From the NCBI GenBank assembly GCA_973895155.1, contig OZ316892.1, forward strand, positions 25,629,233 through 25,693,232: a stretch of DNA of 64,000 bases, read 5' to 3'. The stretch is from Marsupella aquatica. Lineage: Eukaryota; Plantae; Marchantiophyta. Below the pieces are notes generated by a model, which saw nothing but the letters and a program-made list of their open reading frames with translations, was not told the origin of the DNA and did no database searches. A program made the translations under genes and the position numbers. This document shows positions 43,129-55,524 of the stretch, one piece after another. Positions within the stretch are counted from its first letter, which is position 1; every line of letters begins with the position of its first letter.

Positions 43129-45277
43129 CTATAGTGTACATGCTACAATGCATGACCTACAGTATGCATGCTATAGTGTACTATCTACAGTGTGCATGCT
43201 ATAGTGCAAGACCTACAGTGTGCATGCTATAGTGTACAATCTACAGTGTGCATGCTACAGTGCAAGACTTACAGTGTGCATGCTACAATGTACGATCTAC
43301 ATTGTGCATGCTATAGTGTACGATCTACATTGTGCATGCTACAGTGTACGATCAACACGATTTCGGACCGACCGAGAAGTGTGTCGGAGTTCTTGTTTAG
43401 CCCGATCTCATTTTTTTCTAAGGCAATGCAATGACCGATAAAACTGGCAAAAACTCTCAGAAATGCCACTTTCCTCCATTGCATCGCCGCGAGAATGCAG
43501 GGAGCGATACGTGCATCGGGTTTTACATTCCGTTAGTAAAAAAGTCCGAACTGCGAGTAACTTGGTCCGAACCGCGTAATCCAGGAACGACCACGCACTA
43601 ACCCAGGTAAAGGGGAAACTTAACCATGGTTAAGGGGAAATTAACCATGGTTTAGAGCGTCTCCTATATAAAGAGGAGCGGGCTGCCCATAAAACGTTTG
43701 CTTTCGCTATAGCAAATATCTCCAGACTGAGAGTGAATACCAAATTCCCATCGAGTCTTACATTCCTCCCAACCGATTCGACTCTTTCTACCGAAAACTC
43801 GATAAATTTATCGGAACAGCCATTCCTGTTCAAGTTCTCCATGTAAGACTAACTAGTCATTTAGTGTAAAATGTCCAGATCCGAGCGGACTGCGATAAAT
43901 TTATCGCATTCTATATTCCTTTGTTGCAATCATTTGATCCAGTGTTTAGAGAGGTGTTGCCTTCATTCCGATAAATTTATCAGAGTCTTCATTCCTTTCA
44001 TGGAAAGAGAAGTAATTGAGAATCCAATAAATTTATCGGAGTTGTCATTTTTGTGAAAGATTGAATTCAGGGCTTAGGTGTCTGAGGAAGTCATATTTTC
44101 AATTCGAATGCAGAGTGCGATAAACTTATCGCATCATCCTGTGCGAAAAACTTATCGGTGGTGGCCCTTTTATAGTGTCTGTTGAGGGGTTGGCCCACGT
44201 GTCCACTTTTGATTGGCTGTCACCCTAAACGACAAAATAGTAGAAAATGGTATATTTCTTGGATTTCCAATTTCATTCTCACACGTGCATCATGGCAAAA
44301 TTATATAGTTTTGAAATTGAAGCGATAAATTTATCTGATGTTGGTATTGCAAAAGTGGTTTCTTCATATGGAAGTTGCAATTTGAAATTGAAGCGATAAA
44401 TTTATCTGATGTTGGTATTGTGAAGAGTTTTCTTCATATGGATAGGAATTTTGAAATTTAACCGATGAACCGAAGGATCTTAGTATTGTCGACTAGTATT
44501 TTTATCGCCCGTAGTTTTCGCGATAATTTTATCGGACTGCGCATTGCTGTTGAAAGAATGGCATGTTGACTATGGTCACTTGCGGAGGTAACTGGTCAAT
44601 TACGGAGGTAACTGCAAGGTAAGTTTGACAAACTGTGCAATAATTCTTATCGACTGTGATGTAAAATATTTTTGGTAAATATCCAAAAACTGAGAAAATT
44701 GAGATTGGGTCGGAGCTTTCATGGCTCAAATCCGGAGTCCGATATAATTATCGCACTTGGCTCGAAACATGGATATGGATTTATAGATAAGACCTTTCAT
44801 ATATCTTCGGAGAGCGTGAATATGAGGTTGAGGAGAAAGTTTTTAGGATCTAATTGTTCCTTGATAATATGAATGTTTGTTAGCATGAATTTCATTGGTT
44901 TTGATCATTATTAAATTTGTTGTTTCAATCCGAACTCCGATATGAATTACATTATTTCCCCAAAAACGTGTTTTTGATGAAAAAAACTACCGATTTTGTG
45001 AGATTCGGTGGAAAATGAAAATACACTTCTCGTTTAGAGGAAATAGTTCTCGTTCGATCTGAAATCGTGTTGATCTATAGTGTGCATGCTATAGTGTACG
45101 ATCTACAATGTGCATGCTACAGTGCAAGACCTACAGTGTGCATGCTATAGTGTACGATCTACAATGTGCATGCTACAGTGTACAATCTACAGTATGCATG
45201 CTACAGTGTACGATCTACAATGTGCATGCTACAGTGTACGATCTACAGTGTGCATGCTACAGTGTACTGTCTACAGT
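43129..45277. repeat. 14-bp-unit minisatellite (CTACAGTGTGCATG / CTATAGTGTACGAT), split by an insertion
   Basis: Arrays at ~43129-43353 and 45072-~45277 are in the same orientation and phase. Confidence 0.9.
43354..45071. mobile_element. Non-coding TIR element (~1.7 kb) with internal CGATAAATTTATCG palindromes
   Basis: ~25-bp TIRs AACACGATTTCGGACCGACCGAGAA / TTCTCGTTCGATCTGAAATCGTGTT, flanked by duplicated GATC (43350-43353 and 45072-45075). Confidence 0.8.
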
Positions 45278-48200
45278 TGCTCCACTCACGTAACTACAGT
45301 ACTAGCACACTTACTTGCCTTGGATATGTGACACATGGCTTCCATCTATGTGCCATGCTTGATCCGTGTGCTTGAGGTGTGAGTACTATAAATAAAGAGG
45401 AGAGGGGCTCTCTCCTCTCACTCTCCATTTTTCATCAACCGAGTTGTGAAGCCTTAAAAATCCATTGTACTTGATGATCTCCTCTATGAATATAACCCTT
45501 ATGAAGTAGACCCACTCATACACGCTTGCTTAGAGCTTCGGCTTGGCCAGAGATATTTTGTATGAGTTGGACCTTCAAGTGTTATCATTTGATAGGAGAT
45601 GGTTATTAAGTCTTAAAGAGATACAAAGTGCTCAACAATACCTTAACATCATATGCTCCTTTTGGATGAAACCCTTATGAAGTAGACCTACGCATGCACG
45701 CAGTCGGTGGTAATTTGTGCGCATTGGACCTTCAGATAGTGTTTTTATTCAAAAGAAGATAAACTTATTTAGATGAACATCTGTATGTATATACTTAGAG
45801 TTAACTCAATGCACAGTATTTGTTTGAAATGAATGATCTTTTCGTTGAATGATTCTATATCTTGTCATTAGAATGAATATTAGTTGGATAGAATATTTGA
45901 TAGTACAATAATGCCCAGACCAGTACCTGTTCTTCCTCTCCCTATCCTTTCCTTATTAGAATTTATGTACTCCAAAAAGAGATCATGCGTCAGCATATGA
46001 CTTTTCACTTTGGAGAAGTATTTGCAACTGCGATGTTAAATTCAATAGAGCCGATTGTATACCCTTATGTAGTTTACGGGCAAGATTGGGCTTACACAAT
46101 TTTTATCTTGTATTGAGATGGATCTCAACAAACCTCCCTCTGATGAACCTCCCGTTTCTTTCTCGTTGGGAGATATTCGTTTTGTAACTCGACCCAAGGT
46201 AGCCGCCAAGGAGGCAATAGTCCGTAGGTATGGAGAAAGGGGTTATGATGTTGTGCTTTCATCCACGGAACCATTCATTGTGGTGTCTGCTACCCAGTCT
46301 AGAATAGTAGTCATGATCTTAACTTAAGTTCTCTCTTGACACTAGCAGCCATAGGCCCGGTGCTTCCTCAAGAACCACATTTTCCCCCCAGACACCGGGT
46401 GCATCCGGAAATTTAGCCGGGTCGACGAAGGCCGGGTCGGCAAAGTCCGGGTCGAGGTTCCGGGCAGCAGACCGGGTCTTTCAAGGATTTGTCTCTGCTG
46501 GTTCCTCATCCTCACTGTCATCAGAGGTGGCCTGGGTGATATCTGGATCTGCCTCTCCATACTTTATGAAGTTGAACTTGGCCAATAGTAACTTCTTCTC
46601 CTCTCTGAACAAGACTTCTTCAAAGCTATATAGATGTACCAGGTAGTAGGAGAGGGGAGTAGGACCCTTATTGGACAGGTTCTGTACCAACTTCCTTATC
46701 AAATCAAAGATAAGCTTAACCCAGTTGACTTTTCTTTCTCCCTTGTAAGCAGCAACAATGGTAGAGCCAACTCCAAAAATAACTCTTCTTGGCTTCTCAG
46801 GATACAGCAGGGGTAGCAGGAAGCTGAAGACTCGTTTCAGATCAGGATCCAAATACTTAGAAACATTGAACCCGTCCTTACTGTTGATGGCTCCTTTGAA
46901 GTAAGGAAGGATTAGATTGACAGCTCTCCCCACTAGACCTTCTCCTTCATCCTCTAATACAAAAGCTCCTGCAACCATCATCTGAGTCCATCGCTTAAGT
47001 CGGCCTCTGGAGGTATCCTTAAACTCAGCCGGACACTCCTTGGATCGGATCTCTCTGATCATATCTTCACTTTGATAACTCTAGGGTAGCTCCATCAGAG
47101 ACTCAGAGCCCATCCTGAGCAAAGACTCCCTCAATTTGACCTTCTTAGCTTCACTGTTCGGAATAGCTAGCCTCAGAATTTTCCCCTGGGCCCTAAGTGT
47201 TACTAATACAGGGAGGACGTGCGAACATCGCAAGGGTGTTTTTAATGTAATGCAAACTAATTTTTATAATAGTTTTTAAAGTAGGCAACATCCATGTATA
47301 TATATTCAGCACAATATTAGTAATAAGGCTCTTATCAAATACATGTCAGATTAATCTTATGCAAGGGTACCCAAAATGCCAAGTACACATGTCACTATAT
47401 GGTTGGCACACATGTCATCACTTTACTTACGCACATGTTCATATAGTAAATCAGATATTTAATTATTTGTCGTCATAAGGCAAGTTTGGTTTCGTGGGCT
47501 TTAGGAACAGTGAGAGGATAGTGCAGCCATGCTTGTCTGTATACTACAGGAAGAACTATAATTCTCTGGTACTAATTTTGTTTAACTATATAAAATATGT
47601 ACCCTAAACAAAGGCGTAACATACAAGTCCCCTATGCAAAATAAAGTCTTATCTATTTCAGTATGATATTTGCAATTTTAAAAATTCAAGGATGTTTTCA
47701 ATTCCTTGAAAAACTATATTATAATTTACAAAAGGATAAAATTTAATAGGAAAAGTTAATATTTTTACATTAACAAGGGGATTTTTTTTGTGAACAAAAA
47801 TATTAAGAAGGGGTACATGGGGGGTGTCTGTTCTCAGGGGGGTTCACTTTATATAGTAAGAGTGAGGGCCCAGGGGAATTTTCATGGCAATGGGGACCTC
47901 ATTTCTCTTCGATTGTCTCACAGGGGCTTTAACCAGAGTAGGTGCAGGTGATGTTGAGGTTGAATGCCCCTTAGAATGCAAGAAGTGGACATTCCGGCTG
48001 GATCCGCCCCTTGCTCCATAGGATTGGTGGAAGCAACAAATTGATTTCCAATAAATGGTCTGTCTCCTCTATGGCGAGCTCTACAATTCTGCGACTTCAG
48101 AATGTTCAATTGCTTTGGTGTCGACAAATGGTAGAAATATCCGGGTTGACCTGGCCGCAGCGTTTTTGATCAGTTGACAAGCTTTTCTGGAGAAGTGCAT

Positions 48201-48906
48201 CAAGATTCCGTCAACCACAATGCAGGTGCATCGAACTTGGGGAAAATCTAGACTCAATCGGGCCTGCAATGGTGATGTCCGGGTCGACCTGGCCTCCCTT
48301 CTCACAATCGATGTATCCACGATCAGGATCTCAAACTTCCTACCTTCCCTTCCAGTGGTGGAGTAGGCATTCCCCTCACAACGAATCAGTCAGTACCCTC
48401 ATATCCAGACTTTCATCATGCAATGCAAGATTGGTCTTATAATCCGGACCCAAGATCCTCTACCAAAAGGGTAGAGCCTCCTCACTCTACTGCTTAAACA
48501 GCCTAATGCGCTCGGGAGCTCAAAACCTACTAAGTTCGGCTTTGAGAGGTGTGAGAGGCCGGATCGACTCTCCTTCCTTATATCCGGATTCTGCTGTGGT
48601 CGTGCCTGTGTTTGACTTATGGTTTTAAAAACTTTGGCAATGGACAGCTGTTGTTCAGTAGAGTCGTATTGTAAGCTTTTATATCTCATCATGGCTTATA
48701 GTAAAAAGTTCCGGATCGATCCTCCTTCTCTAATATCAATCTGGGTTGACCTCAGATGGGCTTGAAAGTCTCATACCACTTCAAAGTAGTCTTCAGGTCC
48801 CTCTTCAGCCTCATTTGAGATCTTAAACGTAAAAATTCTAAAATTTATGGTTAGTTAACCCTTCTTTCATAAACATCCTTATCTCACATGAGCGAGAATC
48901 TGAGTT

Positions 48907-49885
48907 AAATCTACGTCAAGTTTATGCGCCCCCACTTCCCTGGGGTGCCGTACACTGCCCGTCCCATGTAGTCCCTGATTCTGTTGCTCGCTCCAGCACA
49001 AGTTTGCCAGAACATAAACCAATACTCTAACAGTTTGTATTATGAACTCACTCGCTCTGGCCCGATCAACTTTGTGTCATCGACTTTGGGTTTATGTTTT
49101 GGCACCTTCACTTTTTGTTGCCCTCTCCTGTCGAATCAACTTTTTGTCATCGACTTCTTCCTTGTGGAGTCATGATTTATGTTTTGGTAACACTTCTTTC
49201 TAATGGAGTCATACTTGCTTTGTAAGAGAGTCTAAGTATTTCGGGGAGCCTAGTACTATGGTTAAGAGTCATGATTGATAGAGTCTTAGTTGGTTTATGT
49301 TATGCCAAATACTTAATATTCTCTATCCATGGAGTTGTGATTGGGGTTGTGATTTATGTTTTGGCAACACTGTCTTCTTTCCAACGGAGTTTGCTTGGCT
49401 GCTTGGTAAGAGAGTCTAAGTGTTTAGGTAGAGCCTAGTATTTTGGTTAAGAGTCATGATTGATAGTCTTGGTGGATGTTTTGCCAAATGCTTATTCTCA
49501 TTGGAGTCATGGTTTATGTTCTGGCAACAACTTCTTTCCAATGGAGTCCTTGATGGAGTCATACTTATTTCGTAATAGAGTTTAAGTGTTCAAGGGGAGC
49601 CTAATACTTTGGTTGAGAGTCATGATTAATAGTCTTGGTTTATGTTGTCCCAAATACTTAATTATTCTCTATGGAGTTGTGATAATTTATGTTCTTGCAA
49701 CACTTCTTCCCAAAAAGTTGATGGCACAAAGTTGATCTGGCCGGAGTGCATGACAAAATGGTAGAGTAGTGGTTTTTGTTTTGGCAAACTTAAGCAAGAG
49801 CGGCCAACAGCATCGGGGGCTGGGACAGGTGGTGTACGGCGCGCACCCCGGGAAAGTGTGGGCTCATTAATTTGACATAGATTTT
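48907..49885. mobile_element. Foldback/MITE-like element with ~180-bp degenerate TIRs and internal tandem repeats
   Basis: 48907-49085 is the approximate reverse complement of 49715-49885. The interior has repeated GGAGTCATGATTTATGTTTTGGCAACACTTCTTTC units. No clear TSD. Confidence 0.7.
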
Positions 49886-50207
49886 ACTGTGTTTTAACTT
49901 GCAGTCAACTGAAGTGGGCTCTTAAAGAAACTGAGTTGGGCCCTAGGTGTATGAGTCATGAATGAAAAACTTTAAAGATTACACCCATGAGACTTTAGTA
50001 GGGCTTTGGTGTATTACTAAGAGTCATAAATGAAAAACTTTAAAGATTAGTTCATAAAGGAGCGACTGAAATGGTCCTTGGTACGTGTAGGAGTCATAAG
50101 AAACTTTTATGGAAACCATCGGCCATAATAGACTTTGGAGTTTGGTTTCAACAATTTGCAACTCTTTGGAAAGGTGACGGGTACCAAAACTACATTCAGC
50201 AAGACTC

Positions 50208-50363
50208 TTCCCTGGAATGTCATTTATGACATTTGTACAGTCTGCTGCCCAAGTCACAAAAGCATGTTTGATCCCCACTTTTGGGTTCCCTGGAATGTCA
50301 TTTATGGCATTTGTACAGTCCGCTGCCCAAGTCACAAAAACATGTCGGATCCTCACTTTTGGG
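50208..50363. repeat. ~78-bp tandem duplication
   Basis: TTCCCTGGAATGTCATTTATG.CATTTGTACAGTC.GCTGCCCAAGTCACAAAA.CATGT..GATCC.CACTTTTGGG occurs twice. Confidence 0.85.
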
Positions 50364-50581
50364 TGGGTATTGGTGTCAAAAGCTCTGGCCCACAGCAGAT
50401 TTCAAATCCGCAACCTCCACCTTCCCAACTCCATTCGACTACCACTACTCGCTCAGCCTACTGCTGTAGACTATGGACCCATTTTTGGTATAATTTATTT
50501 TAATATTACACGTCCCATCCGGACAGCACGAGGCGGGCAGCGGGTAAGGAGAGTCATTAATGACTTTCCAGTGACCCACAC

Positions 50582-51462
50582 CCCGGTTTAACCTGACGGG
50601 CAACTTGATGCCTTGCCGGGCACGTAAAAATGTCAAATGACGGCCCCAAAACCGGAAGTTTGACGCATATTCGCCAAAATTCTCCCAAACTCCCCCGGAT
50701 CCCCCGGGACCCTTCCCGAACTCCCCCCCGGACAATATAATTCCCGGACTCCCCTGGACACTTCCCGGACTCCCCCCGGTCTCCCGCTGCACTCCCGAGC
50801 TGAGCCTCAGACCTGGATCCTGAGCCTAGCTTGGACCCGGACCTGGATCCCGAGCCCCTACCCGGCCCCTTCCCGGGCCTCTCCTGAACTGAGCCGGCCC
50901 TCCCCCGAACCGGCTCCCCCGAACCCACCACGGACTGGCTCCCCCCCCCCCCCCGGCGACCGGCTCGGCTCCCCCCGACCCCAACTCGATCAACTAGGAC
51001 GTCTCACATATGGCCAGTTGCAGAGTATTGGGCCCGGGCCTCCAGACAGGACTGGTCGGGCACCGATTGCGGTGCCCGACCAGTCACACTCGGGACATTT
51101 ACACCGGAAACCCCGCCCCCTACAGCAATTAGCCCTTCATGCAAACCAGCACAGGGATTGCGCCAAACAACACAGGAACAGCGTCTCATCTACTCTGTGG
51201 CATCTCCACCTGCGACCCATCTCAGAATTGACTACCCCAACATTTCTTGGCCCGCATCAACACTGTCGCGGTGCGCCCTACTGAGTCTCGGGTCACCCTC
51301 TTTTCAATTTTTTTCTTTCCATAATTGAGACGCCCTACTAAATTTCTTCCGAACCCGAACTTCTCCCAACTTGTCCCGGCCGGGAATGCTCCCGAACCCG
51401 GGTGACGGTTTGCCATTTTGCGGGTGTTTTTCGGCCAGTTTGACGGGCAAGGTCAAACCGGG
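50582..51462. mobile_element. GC-rich hAT-like MITE (CCCGGTTT termini)
   Basis: TIRs CCCGGTTTAACCT / AGGTCAAACCGGG, with 8-bp TSD ACCCACAC / ACCCGCAC. The ends match the reverse complement of 61195-61816. Confidence 0.75.
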
Positions 51463-51927
51463 ACCCGCACTCCTGAGTCAATCTACCACGTTTTTGGTGT
51501 TAAAGGTGTCACGTTCGGAATCATCTCTATGCCCAGGAAGCAAGGAATCATAAATATACAAATCATTATGTTCGTTGTATTGCTATGCAGTCCGAGCTGG
51601 AAGCAGACCCTGAGCAGTCTGCAGCTCACGAGGATCATGGGAATATGATTGTTTCCTTTAGGAAAGTATGTCAGATCTCCTAGTGGGATCACGAGGAGCG
51701 TCCGTCTAGGAGGAGGAATCGAGATAGGTAGGCAAAAATGAGCATGAGAAGAAACTAAGCTCTGTCAAATACCTCAGCATCCGTGACGAGCTGACGTTCA
51801 GACAACAGATTCAGCGCCGATCGATTGCTTTCTACTTGATCTTCAGTCTATTTGGATGACTGCAAATTGGCGACAGGTAGAGCTTGTTGATCAATTCATA
51901 TCGAGTAAGTCCAGACTGCCAGCCACG

Positions 51928-54070
51928 ATGGAGTTGAGCAAGCACGACCTGGTGTGAATGAATGGACACACTGCAGTGGTGCCAAAAGGCGAATCGTATG
52001 ATGATGGCTGCTCCTCACTTGCTGATGGTCTTCTACCCAGCGCAACCTCACATGCTTCCTATGCTGAGTCTGGCACGCGAGATCGCGAGCCATGGGGGAA
52101 TCAAGATCACTTACGTGTGCTTTCAATCGCTAATCGATCGCCTCCTGAACAGCGAAAGCAATATCAGTGATTCAATTCAACTTGTGGGCGTTCCAGATGA
52201 GATGCCAGGCTTCGATCCACCGAGTGAGCTCCCTGTAAACCCCATTGTGCTTCGACGGAGCTTGCAGCTAGGGTACTGCATGGGACCTTTTGTAGAGAAG
52301 CTGTTGATGGACCAACACAACCTCCAAGGGCCCACTAGCATGATCACAGACTGGATGAATTGGTGGGGAACTGTACGTATATCCTACTATCCCCTCATGT
52401 TGCCGTATGTCGTGACTTATCTCGTGCAACTCTGTCCTTTCAGCACTCCCTGATATCTAAACAGCATTAGTAAGGAGATAGCATTTCGAACAAATGAACT
52501 TTGTCGGAATTGAGCTAGCGAGGAAGGAGAAGATCTAGCATGCAAGCTGTAGGTTATCTATGATGTTCTCAATGCGGTTCAAGTAACTCATTCAAAGAGA
52601 GGTTACTCACGAAATGACTTCTGGATGTTGTACGTGCTACTACTGTGGCGTGCAGGATATTGCTGCCAAGTTGAGCATTCCCAGATATATCCTCTGTCAA
52701 TCCAGCTCTATTTTTGCAACTTATGTTGAATTATCCTCTGGAAGGAAACATTTCTGATGATAAGGATGGATCCATCCAAGTACCAAGACTACCACGTTTT
52801 CACATTCAACACCTTCCTCGATCTTCTCGGAACCACGGCGGAGGTCGTCAGGTGTTTCTCACCCGGTGGTCCAAGTGTGCGCTGGAATCAGATGGAGTGT
52901 TGGTGAATACGTGCATGGCAATAGAAGCTGAAGTCATCAAAGCTCTCCCGGAAACAGTAAGTGCATCGATCTTGCCTTCAATCCAAGGTTATTCACTGGC
53001 CGGAGAACTACAAAGCAAAAATATTACGTCAACCCTACGCTAGGTTCTCACAGACAGTGTTTCCTAGAGATGCACATAACTTTTCAGTCTGCGCAAGACT
53101 TTTGTGTCCGATGAGTTCACTAAATACGAAAAACTGTGGGATACAACTGGAATTTCACATGGGCATTGAAGTGTCCCGTCTCAGCCCCTTAAATACTAAA
53201 AATGATGGAACTCAGCAGGGGAATCACGGAGTTTGAAGTACAGAGGGACATGCACTACTTGGAAAACTACTTAAATTAAAACATCGAAAACCTTTGCAGT
53301 TCAGCTACTATATATATCCACCTAGTTGGGCTTGGGGTGTGGCTGTACGCCAAGTTTATCGAGAAAATGAACTAGAGGCCTTGTTAACTTACGTAATGTC
53401 ACTTGACCGCAGTTATCCCATTCCCATGTTCAGAGTTGCGTGCCTAGTTTTCTGAATTAGAGAACTCTGAAACCCTTTCATTGTTCTCTATAATCCGAGG
53501 GGAATAAGTGGCATGCAATATAGAGAAATCATAAAGGTGCTGCTGATTTAAGTTGGGCTTGGAAGTAATTAATCCAAGCTGGTGATAAACTTGTCATGAT
53601 TAATTGCATTCTTGCATGCAGCTCACTGAGCCAGTCAATGATTGTTCTCGACATCTGTGTCGATGGAAGCGCTCCAACTCTCTGACGAAAAGACAATTAT
53701 TGACTGGCTCAGTGAGCAGCCTCCATTATCAGTGCTGTACGTCAGCTTTGGAACAACGGCCCTACATAATTTTTCAAAGCACCATGTTCAGAAATTGGCA
53801 AGGGGACTAGAGGCCAGCGGCCAACGCTTCTTATGGGCGTTCCGAGCTCCTCCTGATGTGGACGAAAATGACCCTGAATTGCTACCTCCCGGATTTGAAG
53901 AGAGAGTGAAGGACCGAGCATTGCTGCTAAAGGGTTGGGCCCCGCAGGTCAAGATTCTGGCCCATCCGTCTACCGGTGCATTCCTGAGTTCCTGTGGCTG
54001 GAATTCTGCCATTGAAAGTCTCGCCTTCGGTGTTCCAATAATCGGATGGCCTTCGTTCGCAGACCAGCCA
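51928..54070 (+). pseudogene. UDP-glycosyltransferase tandem copy, disrupted and 3'-truncated
   Basis: Highly similar to 55525-57610, including introns and upstream DNA. There is an early stop after MELSKHDLV, a frameshift in exon 2 (~52695-52715) and a deletion at the start of exon 3. Similarity stops right after WPSFADQP, and exon 4 is absent. Confidence 0.85.
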
Positions 54071-54713
54071 TTTTGGCTTTTAACTCCCTGTGTTTTTCTT
54101 CGCTTCTCTTTATTTAATTTGTTTTCGTTTATTTAATGGTGCCAAAGGTAAGAAACAAGCGGAAGAAATAGGAAAAAGGTAGAGAGAAAATTAAAATGTT
54201 CCCCTCCTAATAACATTGTGCAACCACTCCTTGACCCCACAAACCCAGGAAGGGCCATCACTGGCTAGTTGACTTCTTTTGCACTCCTCAACACCATTTT
54301 GTCTCCTCTGCTATTTTTTTTCACCTCAAGATTTTATCTTTTTCTTATCTCACCTTTTTTTTCTCATCTTGATATCTTTTATCTTAACTTGTCATCTTTT
54401 TCTCACCTTGACATCTTGATCTCATCAGGACAACTTTTTTTTCTCCTCAATATTTTTTCCTCACCTTAAGCATCGTTTTCTCACCTTACCAGTTTTTAAT
54501 CTCCTCAAGATCTTTTTTCACCTCAATTTCTTTTATCTCATCTTGTCATCTTTTTTACCTTGACATCTTTATATCATCACCACATCTTTTTCTCTCCTCT
54601 ATATCTTTTCCTTGCCTGAACATCTTTATTCACCTTGATTTCTTTTCCTCATCTCGATATTGAAACAAAAAAAATATCGAAATCTTTTGTGCAACGCACA
54701 GGCATGGGGCTAG
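54071..54713 (+). mobile_element. Pyrimidine-rich insert ending in a Helitron-type 3' terminus
   Basis: TGTGCAACGCACAGGCATGGGGCTAG|T: a short hairpin (TGTGC-AAC-GCACA) about 10 nt before CTAG, followed by T. The 5' TC end was not identified. Confidence 0.5.
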
Positions 54714-55524
54714 TTAGGGAGATAAATCCCTAAGCACTGCCAAGATATCTGAATTATTTTGTGAGTACTAAACTTTTTGGAATGGAAAAGAGTACTAATA
54801 AGTGTAGTGATGTCAAAGATGTCACCTTAGGAATCAATCACTCTGCCCAGGAAACAAGTAATCATAATTATACCAGCCCGTGACCAAAGAGGTTTGGTCA
54901 GTGACAAAGGCTTGATCACAAAAGCTGTTACAAATGCCTCTCTTTAGTATTGTACACTATATCTCTCTTTACTATGCTACACTATATTTTGTAGAATCGT
55001 ATGTAAGTGTAGAAAAAAAAAATGGGAATCATTTTAGGGCCCCCACCACAAACCAACAAATCATTGTACAATAAGAGCTGGAAGGAAGAGGAGTCTGCAG
55101 CTCACGAGTATCCCATGCTGGTAGTCACACATGGTGATATATTGTGCCAACATTAATTTAAAAGAACTAATGGGGTTTATCATGGTATTTTATGTGCAAA
55201 TACCGCGGCCCACGAGCATCCGGGGAATATGTTTTATTCAGGAAAGTTCTGTCATATCTCTTAGTGGGATCACGAGCAGTCCGTTTAAGAGGGGGGTAAT
55301 TGAGACAGGTGAGCAAAAATGAGCATGAATGGAAGAGCAAAGCTTATATCCCTCACCATCCGTGACGAGACTGAGCTGACGTCCAGACAGCAGATTTAGC
55401 GCGACCGATTACTTTCTAGATAATTGATCTTCAGTCTGTTTGGATCACTGCAAATTGGCAACAGGCAGAGCTTGTTGATCAATTCATATCGATCAAGCAA
55501 GCCCAGACTGCCAGCCACCATGGC

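Larger units (their letters stand above)
41230..48900 (-). mobile_element. Degenerate retroelement-like block with several orphan ORFs
   Basis: Minus-strand ORFs at 41586-41861, 42343-42977 (frameshifted, coiled-coil-like) and 46481-47062 (LPLLYPEKPRRV..VNWVKLI..PTPLSYYLVHLY), plus a decayed frame at 47900-48830. No RT, integrase or paired LTRs were recognised. Confidence 0.35.

Noticed and set aside
43800-44756. Palindromic repeats with unique spacers, resembling a CRISPR array
   Set aside because: The repeats are only 14 bp, spacing is highly irregular, there are no cas genes, and the context is a eukaryotic TIR element.
43192-45375. Cys/His-rich ORFs such as MHAIVQDLQCACYSV
   Set aside because: They are translations of the 14/28-bp minisatellite.
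41231-47210. TG...CA-bounded LTR retrotransposon
   Set aside because: No matching TSD, paired LTRs, PBS or PPT were found.
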